A stretch of DNA of 64,000 nt from Vicugna vicugna (taxonomy: Eukaryota): the NCBI GenBank assembly GCA_013265495.1, contig MU058781.1:1282963-1346962 (forward strand). Reading direction: 5' to 3'. Below are positions 12,689-25,099 of the stretch, piece after piece. The position numbers and the translations under genes are program-made. Numbering within the stretch: the stretch's first letter is position 1; every line of letters starts with the position of its first letter. Below the pieces are notes generated by a model, which worked only from the letters and a program-made list of their open reading frames with translations, was not told the DNA's origin and made no database searches.

Positions 12689-13519
12689 AACAAATTGTGT
12701 TTCTTTGTGAGAAATGCCCCTCTCCGCCCAAATAAAGTGGCCATCTGTGCTGCTGAGAGCATAAAGCAAAATGAAGAAGTCAGATAAAGTGGTGGTTCTT
12801 AGCAGAAACCAGGTTTCATCACGTCTGGATGCAACTGATATTTACGACACAAGCCAGACCAGCTCAAAGTTTGCCATTCCGCGAGACATTATATCAGCAC
12901 ATTGGAGACTTCCTATTTCTGCAGCCTTTGTCCAGCCTTCCCAGCCCAATTCATGTTGGACTCTGACCCTCTTCCTGCCAGTGTTTGTCTAGGACGCTCT
13001 GTCCCTCTCCTGCAGCAGCCTGTGTTTGCTGTCTACACAACAAAATGAAGTCAGCATCACACAAGGCCCTGCTTCTTGTCTCTTTCACACCTTCTTGCGC
13101 TTGTATGGTTTTCCATAATCTAATTACAGGAACTGTGCTTTCTGGGTAGATTCTGCAGTTCTTTTCCACAAAGTCTGAGATGAACCAGTTAGTCTGTTGA
13201 GCTGATGCTGAGATAAGAGCCAAGGGAATCCTAGACCAGGATGAATCGTTACCCAGAGGGATTAGACACAAACTCATTGAAAGTGGAGATTATAAATCGG
13301 ACCCAAGAGAAAGTCAAGTCCGAGACCAGAAGCTCATTATCCAGATTCAGCCAGTGAGAAACTACAATCAGGAAATGAGGCAAGAAGTCAGAAGCCAAAC
13401 AGAAGAAATGGAGATGGGTGAGAAAGGATAAGAAGATTTGCAGCACAGACTTCAACAAAGCAAGCAGCAAGGAGAGGCTCACTCGTACCAGGACACAGGG
13501 CATGGAGGCAGTTAGCCAA

Positions 13520-13880
13520 TTTGTAAACACAGGGCTGGGCCAGACTTAGGTACCTGTGTTCTGCTCATCTGGAAGGGGAGACTATCACATAAGCCATTTC
13601 AGTGCAGTACGGTCGCCTACAGCAGTGGTGAACAAGTGTGATAGAGAATGACAGAGAAAGGGCCCTTAGAGGAGTCTAGTTGGAGAAGATGAGGCTCAGA
13701 CTGAGTTTCAAAGGAAAGCTAAGTGATTAACAGGAGGAAAGATATGCTAGGAAGGGGAACAGCATATGCAAAGACCTCACCACTGGTCCTAAGAGGAGTC
13801 AAAAAGCCAAAGATCAGTGTGATGGAAGTTTGGGGGGAAATAAATCATGGTGGTGACTTAGAACATCAGGCCCGAAAGCT
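13520..13880 (-). mobile_element. L2 LINE fragment
   Basis: Purine-rich reverse-L2 pattern 'ctgagtttcaaagga...ggaaggggaacagcatatgcaaagacc'. Confidence 0.6.
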
Positions 13881-14471
13881 CAAGCAAAGAAATAGAAGTA
13901 GGAATAAGCTCGATGAACCAACAGCCAAAGTCAGCCTTGCATCCGGGAAGGTTTTCTGAATGCTGAGATGGGAAACCTTGACAGTAAGCAAGAGGGAGCC
14001 AGTGAGTGGAGGAATCCCACAGCCTGCCGGGAAATTCCTCAGGGGGCATATGCACTACGGACTCGGAGGGAGATGCTGTTGGCCAAGAAGCCAACTAGGA
14101 GGTCAGTCACCGTAGAGCAGGGACTGTAAAAATAAGAAAAAAAAATCCAAAGGCAATTTGATGACACAACAACAAAAGGGCCTGGAAAGAGTTTGCAAAG
14201 AGTAAATAAAAGTTAAAAGTCAACAAAACCAGGAATGTTCCCAGGAGAATCCAACACAATGTTCCTGAGGGTAGAGCAGTGCACAGCGTCCTAACGTTTT
14301 CTGATTGGAGGGCTGGGAGAACTGGGGAGATTCTGGGTGTTCTCCAGCCCAGAATGCCAGGGAAGGCTGCCCCTGCGCAATCAGAGGCATATATAGGCAT
14401 CTGCCCTCTTGGTCTGCAGCCCGTGCTATCGTCACAAATGACGATGTCATCAGCAATGCAAGAGGCTGCCG

Positions 14472-14630
14472 GGAGTACAGGGAACTGTATTCAATATTCT
14501 GAAATGGCCTATAATGAAACAGAGTATGAGAAAGAATATGTGTGTAACTGAATCGCTGTGCCGCACATCGGAAACTAACACAATATTGTAAATCAACTAT
14601 ACTTTAATTTTTTATAAAAAAGATAAAAAT
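14472..14630 (+). mobile_element. Short L1 3' end
   Basis: 'acagggaactgtattcaatattct...taactgaatcgctgtgccgcacatcggaaactaacacaatattgtaaatcaactatact'. Confidence 0.85.
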
Positions 14631-15924
14631 GCAAAAGGCAGGAGAGTATAGTCTAGAACTCATGCTTGGAAATCATGGACCCATGTGCAAGGGCAAGACT
14701 TGGAAGCGCTAGCTGTGTGACTTGGTCACGTGTCAGCCTCCTTGTTGACACGATGGCCATCAGAGCAGCACATGGGGATTCTGTGAAGAGGTGTCAACAT
14801 TAGGTACGTGTCTTAGACAATCAAGTTGCAATCTAGTTGCGGTGCTGGCTGGCCCCTCACCTGCACCTGGATGGGAATTCTGGGCAGGACCAAATCAACC
14901 AGCCAAGAAACACCAGACCAAGCAACCAGACCAGGAACACCAGGCCAGCGAAGAAGTACAATCCAACCAGGTAGCTGGACTCCTTCTGGGCATCAGGGGA
15001 AGCTCAGATGTGTGAGTCTTTCTGGCGCAAGCAGCGTCCCTGCGGGACTAATATTTGAGAAGAGCGATCTACAAACAGCATGGAGGTTCTATAAATGAAC
15101 AAGTGGAGAGCACTAAAAGTGCTTCAGAAAAATCTTACAGGCCCAAATGAGGAGGGATAGATTTTATTTTATTTTCCTGGTGGAAATATCGAATGAGTGT
15201 GACAGACACATGGAAATATCTAATTTATAGACGAGTTTAAATGTAACTAGGATTCCTTATTTAGAACACATCTACTTTATTCCTTGAGAATGAAAACAGC
15301 ATTTGCCCTTCCGTTGAATTAATTTGTCCAAACATTACTGTGCTGTGAGGTCATTCTGGACCCTACAAAGGAGAATCTAAGATCACGTCTATCAATTTCG
15401 TGAAAACACAGACAAGGGTTCTAAGCAAACCCCTAGTGCTGTTCCTCACACGTCTCATTTATCTACTTAGGGATTTTCAACTGTAAAATTTCTCCCTCCT
15501 GTCCCAAGCTTCTGGGCTATTTCCTTCCACCTTGAGTTCATGTACCATTGAGAAATACTAACATATTTTAACAGAATGCGCAAAACCTAATTAAGAAATC
15601 CTAAAAATTAGGTGAGATATTCCAAAGCCAAAATTGAAATCATTGTTCAATGTCTATTTTTCTGATGACTCTCTCCCACCAGTATGTGTAATTTCAAACC
15701 TACCAGAACTCTCCTGCGTTTTCAACAGAACAGGTGACACTTTTTCTTAGATTTCCCACTGTCATCTCTACCCAGCATTTCCCAAAAGACTGCCCTTCTC
15801 CCTTAATTATTTCACACTTTCAAATATAAACACAAACCCTCTAGCACACAGTGCATGGCAGGGACTGGGGGAGGTGGGCGGGGCTCCATATTATTTTGAA
15901 TAGTTGGTGATTGAGAAATACCCT

Positions 15925-16418
15925 GGACCCCTCAGCCTCTGTGTTTCATTTTTTTTTCCCTTTCTTCCCCTCGCTCACTCCTTTCCAGCCACACTGGCCT
16001 TCTGTTCCTCAAACACACTGAACAGCATTCCTGCCTCGGGGTCTTTGCACATTCTGTTCCTGTTGGCTCAAATGCCTTTCCCCATAATATTCATATGGCT
16101 TCTTCTGTAAGCTCCTTCAGGGCTCTTGGCATCCCACAATTTAACAGTGAGGTCATCTTCATCCACTGGATTAAATAAAACATCTTGCCAAACAGTTCAT
16201 ACCTCTGCAATGACCCAGCTTCCTTCCCTGCCTTATTTCCCTCCTTGGCACTTATCAATATCTGACATTTACTTATTTGCTTATTGTCAGACCTTTCCGT
16301 ATAAGCTCCATGAGGGCGAGCCTTCTGCATGTTTTATTCTTTCTGAAGCCCACAGCCCTTAGGGTAATGTGTGGCATGTGGGGGACACTCAACAAGTACT
16401 TGCGTGAATGAATGAATG
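15925..16418 (+). mobile_element. L2a 3' end
   Basis: 'ccagccacactggccttct...tcctgcctcggggtctttgcac...taagctccatgagggc...actcaacaagtacttgcgtgaatgaatgaatg'. Confidence 0.88.
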
Positions 16419-16762
16419 CTTGAACGGGAAGAAGATCCAGTGTCTGAGTGAATGGAACAAGAAATTACTAACATGTCCTGGTTAGAGTTTCTTGGGTAAA
16501 TTCCATCCTTCCTGAGACCTGTCATGCACAGACACACACAACCAAGTGAGTGCTATTGTGAAATTAGACTTTCTTTCTTAAGTCATCAGACTGTCTTATA
16601 AAGTATTTGAACCCCTAGGCCTTTAGCGATAAAGTTTCTGATACAACTTGATTATAATACGGCAGTTTGATTTAGACACCACTGATATGCTTGAAATGCA
16701 ACTGTATGGCTGACTTTTAAAGGATTCAGTGGTGATATGTGAAATAACTAGCTACCTCTGAT

Positions 16763-17155
16763 ATGATACGGCCACCAGCCCCATGATCTAGCCTTCTTGA
16801 TCCAGACAGCCAGTTCCAACAGGGAGCCCTCTGGCTGTCTCCCCACAAGAGCCTAAGGCAACTGGCTCCCCTCCCATTGGGTGATAAAGGACCCTGCTTT
16901 CTCCAGGACCAGTGGGCTGTGTGTGTGCTCTCCTGCCTGTACCCAACACTTACCTAGAGTGGAAAGAAACTGTAACACTTCATCCCCCTAGAGAGCCCCT
17001 AAACCTCCCCACCCTTTCTGCTGTGAGCCTCAGAAAAACATATTTGTTTCATTCTGAAAGTCTGTGCCTCTATTCTCCTAAAAGAAAAAGAATTTGCTTC
17101 AGTTTTATTTCTGAAACTAGAACATCAGTCCTTCATCAAAAGGATGTTCATCACA
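16763..17155 (+). mobile_element. Probable ancient solo LTR (family uncertain)
   Basis: About 390-bp block beginning TG and ending 'ggatgttcatcaca', with a TATA-like 'gataaagg' and a degraded polyA region. Assigned by gestalt only. Confidence 0.35.
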
Positions 17156-17736
17156 GTTGCCCTGACCTCAAAATAACACCAAGAAGTACTTACTGAGTGT
17201 GCGACAGTGGGCTAGCTGCCGTGAAGGGAAGAGGATGGAACACGGGCACTTCTTCCAAAATCCTAAAAGACACAGACACATTATCTGTAGCAAAGCCTAA
17301 TCTAGCCTACGCTTCATGCCCACCTGATAAACAGTGAACCCAGGACAGGCTTCTGAGAGGACCCCAGCATTCCTGGCTGACGTGGCGAACGAGACTTTAA
17401 AGATGACGGGCAGATAAATCCTAAGAAATCAGAATAAAACTTTATAACCAAAAAAGTGAGAGATGGATCCTACTCTGGCCCCCAGGGAAAGTGGAGTCAG
17501 GAGGGGGAACACATGTCCCCAAAAATCGGGGGAATTGGGTCTGCCTCTGCCCTAGGTGTTCTGTCAGAGAATCAGACCCAAAAGTTTCCAATGATTCCAT
17601 TGACTGGAAGGAGAGAATATCCCTCCAATTTTAATCAATACCAGAGGGCTGAGCTACTATAGGGCGAGCACTTTTATATCTATGTTTAGTTTTACAACAA
17701 ATATAGTTTGAAAAAGATTTTTTTTACCGGTATAAA

Positions 17737-20700
17737 CTTCTGGTTTCTGGTTCAGCATATAAAGAGAGTTTAAAGTCTTCACTCTGTCTTAACAACAGAA
17801 AAATCTGAAGAAAAGTTGAACAAACTGAAAAATCAACAACGGAGCTTAGATTTGCCAGTAACATGAGGACACAGGACAAAACACTACAGCCAAAATTGGA
17901 GAGGCCAACAGGCGAATATGGAGAGGGACAACTTACCAGAGCAGAAGCTGCCATGTGGACCAGTGCTGGGGTGGGAAAACCAGAACTGTCATTGAGGGAC
18001 TTCTGGAGGTTCAGTGTGGACAGCCCTGAGAGAGAAAGCTCCACGGGGACCCAGTCATCAGAGGGACCACACTTTCCTGAGTTTTATCTCCAGGAGCTCT
18101 CCCAGGCCCTCACAGTGATACTGGAGAAAAATACTCTCTTGCTTCCAGCAGGGGGTGGGGAAAAGGAATCATTCTGAGATTTGCCAGATCAATCTGTACT
18201 TCTTAACCAGGCCCACCTTGGAAAGAAATTATTTTACCCAAATCTAATCTCCTGGGGTTTTATCAGAGCCTGACATCCCTCCCTGAGGGAAGGGAAATCC
18301 TCAGCTCGGGCCAGCTCTAGCCTTCTAAGTGGGAGAAGAAAAGTACGGAAGCCTATCCCCCTCCAGCCAGCCTGTCCCACCTAAAGGGGGAAGAAAGTGA
18401 GAATCACCAGTGACGTTCACAGTCCAGGGACACAGGCTCACCAAAAGACCAAGGCCTGGCCGTAGGGCTATAGAGTGCCTCCCCTCCCCCACACCTTAAC
18501 TCTGTATCACTGAAGGCCTACTTACCACAGTTCCTTGTACTCAGTACATCGTGTATGCCTTTCAAAAACTTACAGAGCATAGACACAGTTTGGAGGGACT
18601 GAACAAGTGTCAGAGCCAGAATCAGATATGGCAAAAATACTGGGATTACCAGACCAGGGATTTTTTAAAACTGTGATTCATATGCTAAGAGCTTTAATGG
18701 AAAAAGTAGATAACATGGAAGAACAATTGGAAAATGTGAACAGAGAGATGGAAATGCTAAGAGAGTACGGAAAAGACATGCCAGAGATCAAACCCATTGT
18801 AACAGAAGTTAAGAACGTCTTTCAAGGACCCACTGGCAGACTAAACACGGCTGACGAAAGAATCTCTGAGCTTAAGGACGTGACAGCAGAAACTTACAAA
18901 ACTGTTGTGCAAAGAGAAAGAAAACCTGGAAAAAATGGAATGGAATATCAAAGAACTGTAGAACCACTGCAAAAGATGTAATGTATGCATAATAGGAAAA
19001 CTAGAAGGAAGGGAAAGAAAGGAAGGAAGAAAGGAAGGAAGAAAGGAAGGAAGAAAGGAAGTAAGGAAGAAAGGAAGAAAGAAAGAAAGAAAGAAAGAGA
19101 AGGAAGGAAGGAGGAAAGGGGAAGGAATGAAGAGAAAGAAAGGAAGGAAGGAAGGAAGAGAAAGAAAGGAGAGAGAAAGGAACAAAAGCAATATCTGAAG
19201 CAATAACAATTGAGAATTTTCTCAGATTAATGTCAGACACCAAACCACAGGTCAAGGAAGCTCAGAGAACACTAAGCAAGATAAAAACACATACACACAC
19301 ACACACAAACCTATACCTAGGCATAGCATATTCAAACTACAGAAAATCAAATAAAAACAAAAAATTCTGAAAGTGCCAGAGGAAAGAAACACCTCACCTC
19401 TAGAGAAGAAAAGAACTGCATCTGACTTCTCCTCAGAAACACACAAGCAAGAAGAGCGTGAGATGAAATATTTGAACCCTGAGAGGAAAAATACCCACCG
19501 ACCCAGAATTCTGAAACCTGCAAAATTACCCTTCAGAAATGAAAGAAAAATGAAGGTTACCCCAGACAAACAAAAATTGAAGGAATTCATAGCCAGTAGA
19601 CCTGCCTGCAAGAAATATGAAAAAGTTCTTCAGAGAGAAAGAGAATGACATGTATCTGCAAATCAGGTCAGATAAGGAAAGGAAGTCTATTGGAAGATGA
19701 AAAAGTGGAAGTGAAATTAAAACTTTTATTTTCCTTATTCTTAATTGATCTAACAGATAACGTTTGGTTCAAAATAATAGCAACAGTGTATCAATTATGT
19801 ATGCTTATATATGTATATATAACTATATATGCACGTAAGTTTATGCTTATAAATATATATATGTTATATATAAGCATATGCAAATATATACACATAAGTA
19901 TATGCATTTATACATGTATACAGTATATACATTATATACATTTATACAGTATAAATGCATATACTCCCTATAAGTAAAATTGATGACAGTAATGATGCAA
20001 GAGTTGGGAAGGAGGAATTAAGAACGTTCTGTTGCCATAAGGTACTGGCACCACCCATGAAGTGGTACAGGGTTATTTGAAAATGGATTTGGATTTGTTG
20101 TAAATGTGTATTGCAAACTCCAGGGCAACCACTTAAAAAAGTAAAAAAAAAAAAAAGTATAGTTGACATTACGTTTCCATACTAAGAAAGAAGAGAAAAT
20201 AGAATCATATAAAATGCATAATTAAAACCACGAAAGGCAGAAAAAGAGTCCAAGACAAACATAGGAACAAGGCACATGGGCAGCAAACAGAACACAGTTA
20301 CAACGAAGGTAGATACTAACCCCACTATAATCACCTCCGTCATCAGTTGTCAAAATACAGCAATGAACAGACAGAGATAGCGTGAATCAAAACAAGACTC
20401 AATCATGTGTTGTCTGCAAGAAACCCACCTTAAAGACAAAAGCACAAATAGATTTGAAGCAAAAGGATGGGGAAATACATGCCGTGCTAACACCAATTGG
20501 AAGGAAGTGGGCGTAGCTATATTAATTTCAGAGAAAGCTGTGTAACTTTCAGAGCGAGGAAAGCTATACGGGATAAAGAAGGGCATTACATAGCATAAAG
20601 GAGTCGGTACGCCAAGAAGACTAATGATGCTTAATGTTTAAGAGCCTAACAACAGAATATCAAAATAGCTTGAGACCAAAAAACCTAACCTAACTCAAGG

Positions 20701-20750
20701 AGAAATGGGTAAATCCATCATTACTCTTGGGGAATTTAAAACCCCTCTTT
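17737..20750 (+). mobile_element. Old L1 (L1MC/L1MD-like) 5' portion: 5' UTR, ORF1 remnants, inter-ORF region, start of ORF2 endonuclease
   Basis: ORF 18607-18981 (MLRALMEKVDNMEEQLENVNREMEML...RLNTADERISELKD) is ORF1 coiled coil. ORF 19373-19648 (ASDFSSET...RILKPAKLPFRNE...DKQKLKEFIASRP) is the ORF1 CTD. 'tgttgtctgcaagaaacccac' corresponds to the endonuclease CCLQETH motif. Confidence 0.9.
19003..19181. repeat. Polypurine (GGAA/GAAA)n low-complexity tract inside L1 ORF1
   Basis: Direct reading of the sequence. Confidence 0.95.
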
Positions 20751-20821
20751 AGCACTGAGCTTCTATGATACAAACTTTGATCTGGGTGAATTCAGAAAAC
20801 TCTACCATCATGAGTATCTCG

Positions 20822-21112
20822 ATTGCTGATACTCATTAAGCACTGACTACATTATTTCGTGGACTCTCAGATTCTGTCGATCATAACATTCAACATTATT
20901 TTGTGAACCACCATGAGAAGAGGACAATGCTACCATGCAAGTCATGGTGTCATTGATTGTAAGGCATATTTCAGAGATGAAAAGTCTCAGAATCAATGAA
21001 AAACGGTGTGCGCCAAGTGCTCCGTGGACCTAATGTCATTTAATTCACAAAATAAAACTTCTGAGGCAGGTGCAATTATTGGGCCTATGTTTCAGATGAG
21101 GAAGTACAGCTT
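20822..21112 (-). mobile_element. MIR split by a DNA transposon
   Basis: 'actcattaagcactgactac' resumes after 21006 as 'gtgcgccaagtgct...tcatttaattcac...tttcagatgaggaa'. Confidence 0.65.
20850..21006 (-). mobile_element. MER104-like TcMar-Tc2 MITE
   Basis: Degenerate terminal inverted repeats 'cattatttcgtggactctcaga' and 'tctcagaatcaatgaaaaacgg'; internal 'cattgattgtaaggcatatttcagagatg'. Confidence 0.65.
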
Positions 21113-22824
21113 ACGATTTTCCACAGGGAAGAGCCAAGAGTCAGATCCACGTCCTCCTCTGTCTCCGGGGTCTGAGCCTAGGCCACCACTCTCCTCTGAT
21201 GGCTTACAGGTGCCTTGGAATAGAACAGGAAAGGGACCAGGGGATGGGGTCCAGCTAGATCTCTGTGACATATCAGCCCTCCCCTCTCACGCTTAGAGTT
21301 CCATTCAAACTACAGCAGTTGCAATGGCCTCCTCTCCCTGCCATCTACGATACGCGAGGATGCCCATCACTTACGCCCTAAATCTCCTAGCTGTTTCCTG
21401 AGGACAGAACTCAGCTCACCATTGACCTGCTGCCTTCCCCTTAAAAGAAGAGCACAATATTCTGAGACGTCGTCACATTTTCTGGGATGTAGAGGGTCAC
21501 CATTCTCTTTTCCCTACTTTTTCCTGTTAAAAAATATAATTGAAAACTTTTTTAAAAAATCAGAATACAATGTTATCACGGCCATAGTGAGCACGTATTA
21601 AAATTTGACTATGTACCATAGCACTAATCTTCAGATGGCCTATTGAATAAATGGCAGAGCTGAGCTCAGTCCTAGAACAGAGCTGCAGGACACTGTCCGT
21701 GTACAGCAGAGAGGGTAGCTTACTTTTTCTGAGGCTTCAGAGAAGAAAATGTTCACTCAAAGCCCTGAAGGGCAATTAGCCTTCAGTGTTAGGATTAGAA
21801 TGTACCAGAACAATATTCCACTCGTGACAAGTGGCCAGTGCGTCACTGAGCACTCCACCTTCCCAGTGCATGCGCTCAGTATGCCTCCTGAGGTGTCTGC
21901 AAGCAATTTCCTGGAGATAAAATAGAATTGACTCATTTGAATTTACATGGGGAATGAGGGCTTTCTCCTGCCCACACTCTGGGTGGTGTTCTGGGAAAAC
22001 TGTGTGTGGAACGTGCTTGGAAAACAAAGGAATCGGACCTTATGCAACTCCTCTTCTGCTCAACATTCAGGGAGAAGGTGGGGTTCAGCCTGCCCATCAA
22101 AAATAAACCCAAAAAAAAGGGGGTATAGTGGTTTAGCATTTCCAGACAGGACCGAAGGGGGAAAAAAAAAAGAACTAATTTGCTTCAAAAAAAAGAAAAA
22201 AGAAAGAGCCCCTGAGGGTGGCTGAAGGAGCAGATTCTTGACATTTCCATAGCAATGGGGTGATTTGCTGAGCCCTCATTCAGCCTGGAGTCCTGGTGCC
22301 TGTGGGAACCTCTCAGGTGGCTGACCCCAGAATGGCAGCGGAAGGGACAGCTGAGCAGGCGGCAGAGGAGAGAAGGGAGTGGGGAGGAAGGAAAGATGAA
22401 AATTGAGTCCAGGAAAAGTAGACTCGCGAAGAGCAATATTCACAGAAAAGGTGGCAGATCAGCGATCCCTGGTGATGGCTGAAGCTCTAGAGAGCAAAGA
22501 TACTGAAAGTTACTGATGCTAAATTCTAAACATGAGTGCGCAGATCTTAGGAACCAGGACACGCGGATCTCCCCCAGGTTATTTTCAAACATTAGGTTGA
22601 AATACTGCTGAATTAATGGTGTGATTTTTCAGGACACTTGGCTTTATTTCATACACATTCCTAATACTTCTCTCTCTCTCTCTCTCTCCCCAAATCACTC
22701 TTGTCCCCACATGAGAAATACGCATCTATGGTCATGTCTGAAAGTTACAGACCTCTGACTCTCTCTCTCTGTCTCTCTCCCTTTAGGGTACAGATCAGAC
22801 ACCCTGGAATAGAATGTCACCTAC

Positions 22825-22889
22825 TCATCCGCTTGTGATCATGGACAGCCAGTATCGGTAGACATCCAGGCAGTGGTTCATAGACACGC
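22825..22889 (-). other. Candidate internal exon (65 nt) of a minus-strand transcript
   Basis: Acceptor 'caactttgtgttttag|GCGTGTCT' and donor 'GGATGA|gtaggt'. The sequence is non-repetitive. Confidence 0.55.
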
Positions 22890-23399
22890 CTAAAACACAA
22901 AGTTGATGAGACGGGTGGCATTTGCAAATGAAAATAATTAAACACATTAGTCAAAAGCAGAGAAAAAATGCAGCCAACAGGTTATTAGAATAGAAAAAGA
23001 TTTTCTTAAATGGAAGGACACCATGAAAGACAGTTAGAAATGGAATTAATTTTTATGTAATGAAAGATAATATCCTTGCCAAAGGGGCACCAATACAGAA
23101 GTTGCTTTCAGAGCTTTGGTCTTGTCACAATATATAGTATTCCAAATACTTTTAGTCGCTCCATGTATTTATCTGTTCACACTCGGTCTGTGCATTTCTC
23201 CATCATGCTGAACGCTGACGGGTATCTATAAGCTGTACGGTATAGGTACAACATGTTTCCTCTGGATGGATGAAGTTTATAAAATGTTCTGGAAATCCAT
23301 TTCTTCAGGCTGAGACATTAAATCTTAATTCGGGCTTTGAAGAATTCACGCTTCTCTGAGAATGAGTTTTGCGCTTCACGCCACTCAGCCCAACAGGTG

Positions 23400-24245
23400 G
23401 GCTGATCTGCTGCCGAGGAACAGGCCCCTCTCAGGCAACCTGGTCCATTTGTTTCCTTTGTTCACTCAGCTCTCATAAGACCATCATCCCAGGATCCTTG
23501 CTGCAAAAACCTGCCAAGTCATGAGAGTTGAGTCATAAAAAGTTGCATGCTTGTCTTTTCTGGCTGTATAGGTGTGTTGGTTTGTTTGCTTGCTGGCACC
23601 AGGCTTTTAAGACAATTTAGCTGCATGACATTCGTTTTCTGACCTCCAATACCCTGGGCGGGAACCCCAGACTTGCCCACCTCTCCTCTTAGAACCAGAC
23701 TTGTTTTCCCAGGCACTTCTGAAGAAGGAGGCCCAGGGAGGGAAAGAGAGAGAGAGAGTTTGCATGCACAGGCGCACAAGCACGAAATCCGGCTTCCGCT
23801 GAGGACTGCAGCCTGCTGCCCGGTGGGAACCGAGAGCTACGAGGCTGCCCATGTAACAGATGCAAGGTTCCCGTGCTCCAGTTCAGCTGGGAACGCGGGC
23901 TGTAAAGCAGAAATAAATCACACGCAACTTGCTGTCACCTCTCCGCCTTCCTGCAAAACCGTCCGACGCTGCGGCTCAACTGGCTGGAGTTGCTGGAGTT
24001 TTTAAACGAAGGCTGGAGACTGGCATTGGCAGCACTGTCTGATTTTTAGCTAATACCTTTGTGGGTTCTGCGTTCGCATCTGGCCAGTGCCATCACGCTG
24101 GGTAGGATTATAATACGCTGCTGCTCTTTCCCAAGCAGGAAGCTGGAGTCCTGTTCCCCGACAGCCTACACAGGGGCTTGTTCCAAACACAACAGCACAT
24201 CACAGCCAGGGAAGGGTCTGCGGTGCGGGACTTCTCCCAAGGCAT

Positions 24246-24250
<5 letters not shown>
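23400..24250. promoter_or_regulatory. CpG-enriched promoter/enhancer-like block
   Basis: Locally high CpG, ETS-like 'ggcttccg', AP-1 tgagtca at about 23529, kB-like gggacttctccc at about 24227. No recognisable transposon; includes a short (GA)n tract at about 23746-23758. Confidence 0.45.

Positions 24251-24251
<1 letters not shown>

Positions 24252-24278
<27 letters not shown>
24252..24278. repeat. (GA)n microsatellite
   Basis: Direct reading. Confidence 0.95.
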
Positions 24279-24729
24279 AATGTGTTAACTGTGCTAACAG
24301 TGCCAAGTAATATGCTTCGTTAAAAATTTAATCACCTACAAGTGCAAAACAAGTGCAAAGCAATCATGTTGTAATTAGCACAGCAATTAACACCTCCCTT
24401 TTCGATAGCACATGCATCCTAGGAAGTGCAGGATTGCAAGTGTTTATGCTGCTGACAGGCTCGGTTCCTATAGAGAGGGAAAAATTGCTTAAATGGAATT
24501 TTTTGGTTTTTGGCATTTGAGCTGTTATGTGTTCATGAAACCTCAGAACCAGCTGCCATTTTGGTTTTGTGCGAAAGTTGTTCTGCTCTGTAGTGTAACT
24601 AACCAACTTCCCCACTTGGGGTGTTCTCTGAGCTTCTTTTCAGCATCCCCTTCTTCTTTTCTAACATTCAAATGTGAATAAATCAGTATAGGGACGAAAT
24701 TTGCCTGCTAAATGGGACTTCCTACCAAA

Positions 24730-24730
<1 letters not shown>

Positions 24731-24779
<49 letters not shown>
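24731..24779. repeat. (TAA)n microsatellite, about 16 units
   Basis: Direct reading; explains the poly-I and poly-Y ORFs. Confidence 0.97.
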
Positions 24780-24781
<2 letters not shown>

Positions 24782-24947
24782 GATTGTCTTCCTCAGTCTG
24801 TTATCAGAAAGAAAATAGCCAGTGGCAAGGTAAATGCCTGTTGGAAAAATTGTGCTAAAAGTACACTCTATTACTTCAGAAAACTTAGGTCCCCAAGCCA
24901 GGTCACCGATGCTAAATCTTCTTCTTCGGGACTGAGAGCCAGTTCTT

Positions 24948-25099
24948 TTTTTTCTTTTCTTGGTATACATTTTTGGTATTTTTTGGTATACATTTGTTAC
25001 AAAATGATCACTACAATAAGTTTAGTTAACATCCATCACCACACACAGCCGCTGCAAAAATTTTTTTTCTTGTGATGAGAATTTTTAAGATCTACTCTA
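24948..25099 (-). mobile_element. Short L1 (L1MA-like) 3' fragment with TSD
   Basis: 'aaatgatcactacaataagtttagttaacatccatcacc...tgtgatgagaatttttaagatctactct'. TSD agagcca(g/c)ttctt at 24935-24947 and 25100-25112. Confidence 0.8.

Noticed and set aside
18607..19648. Coiled-coil and K/R-rich ORFs
   Set aside because: These are L1 ORF1 remnants and translated GGAA microsatellite.
24701..25075. Poly-Ile / poly-Tyr ORFs
   Set aside because: Translation of the (TAA)n microsatellite plus an L1 fragment.
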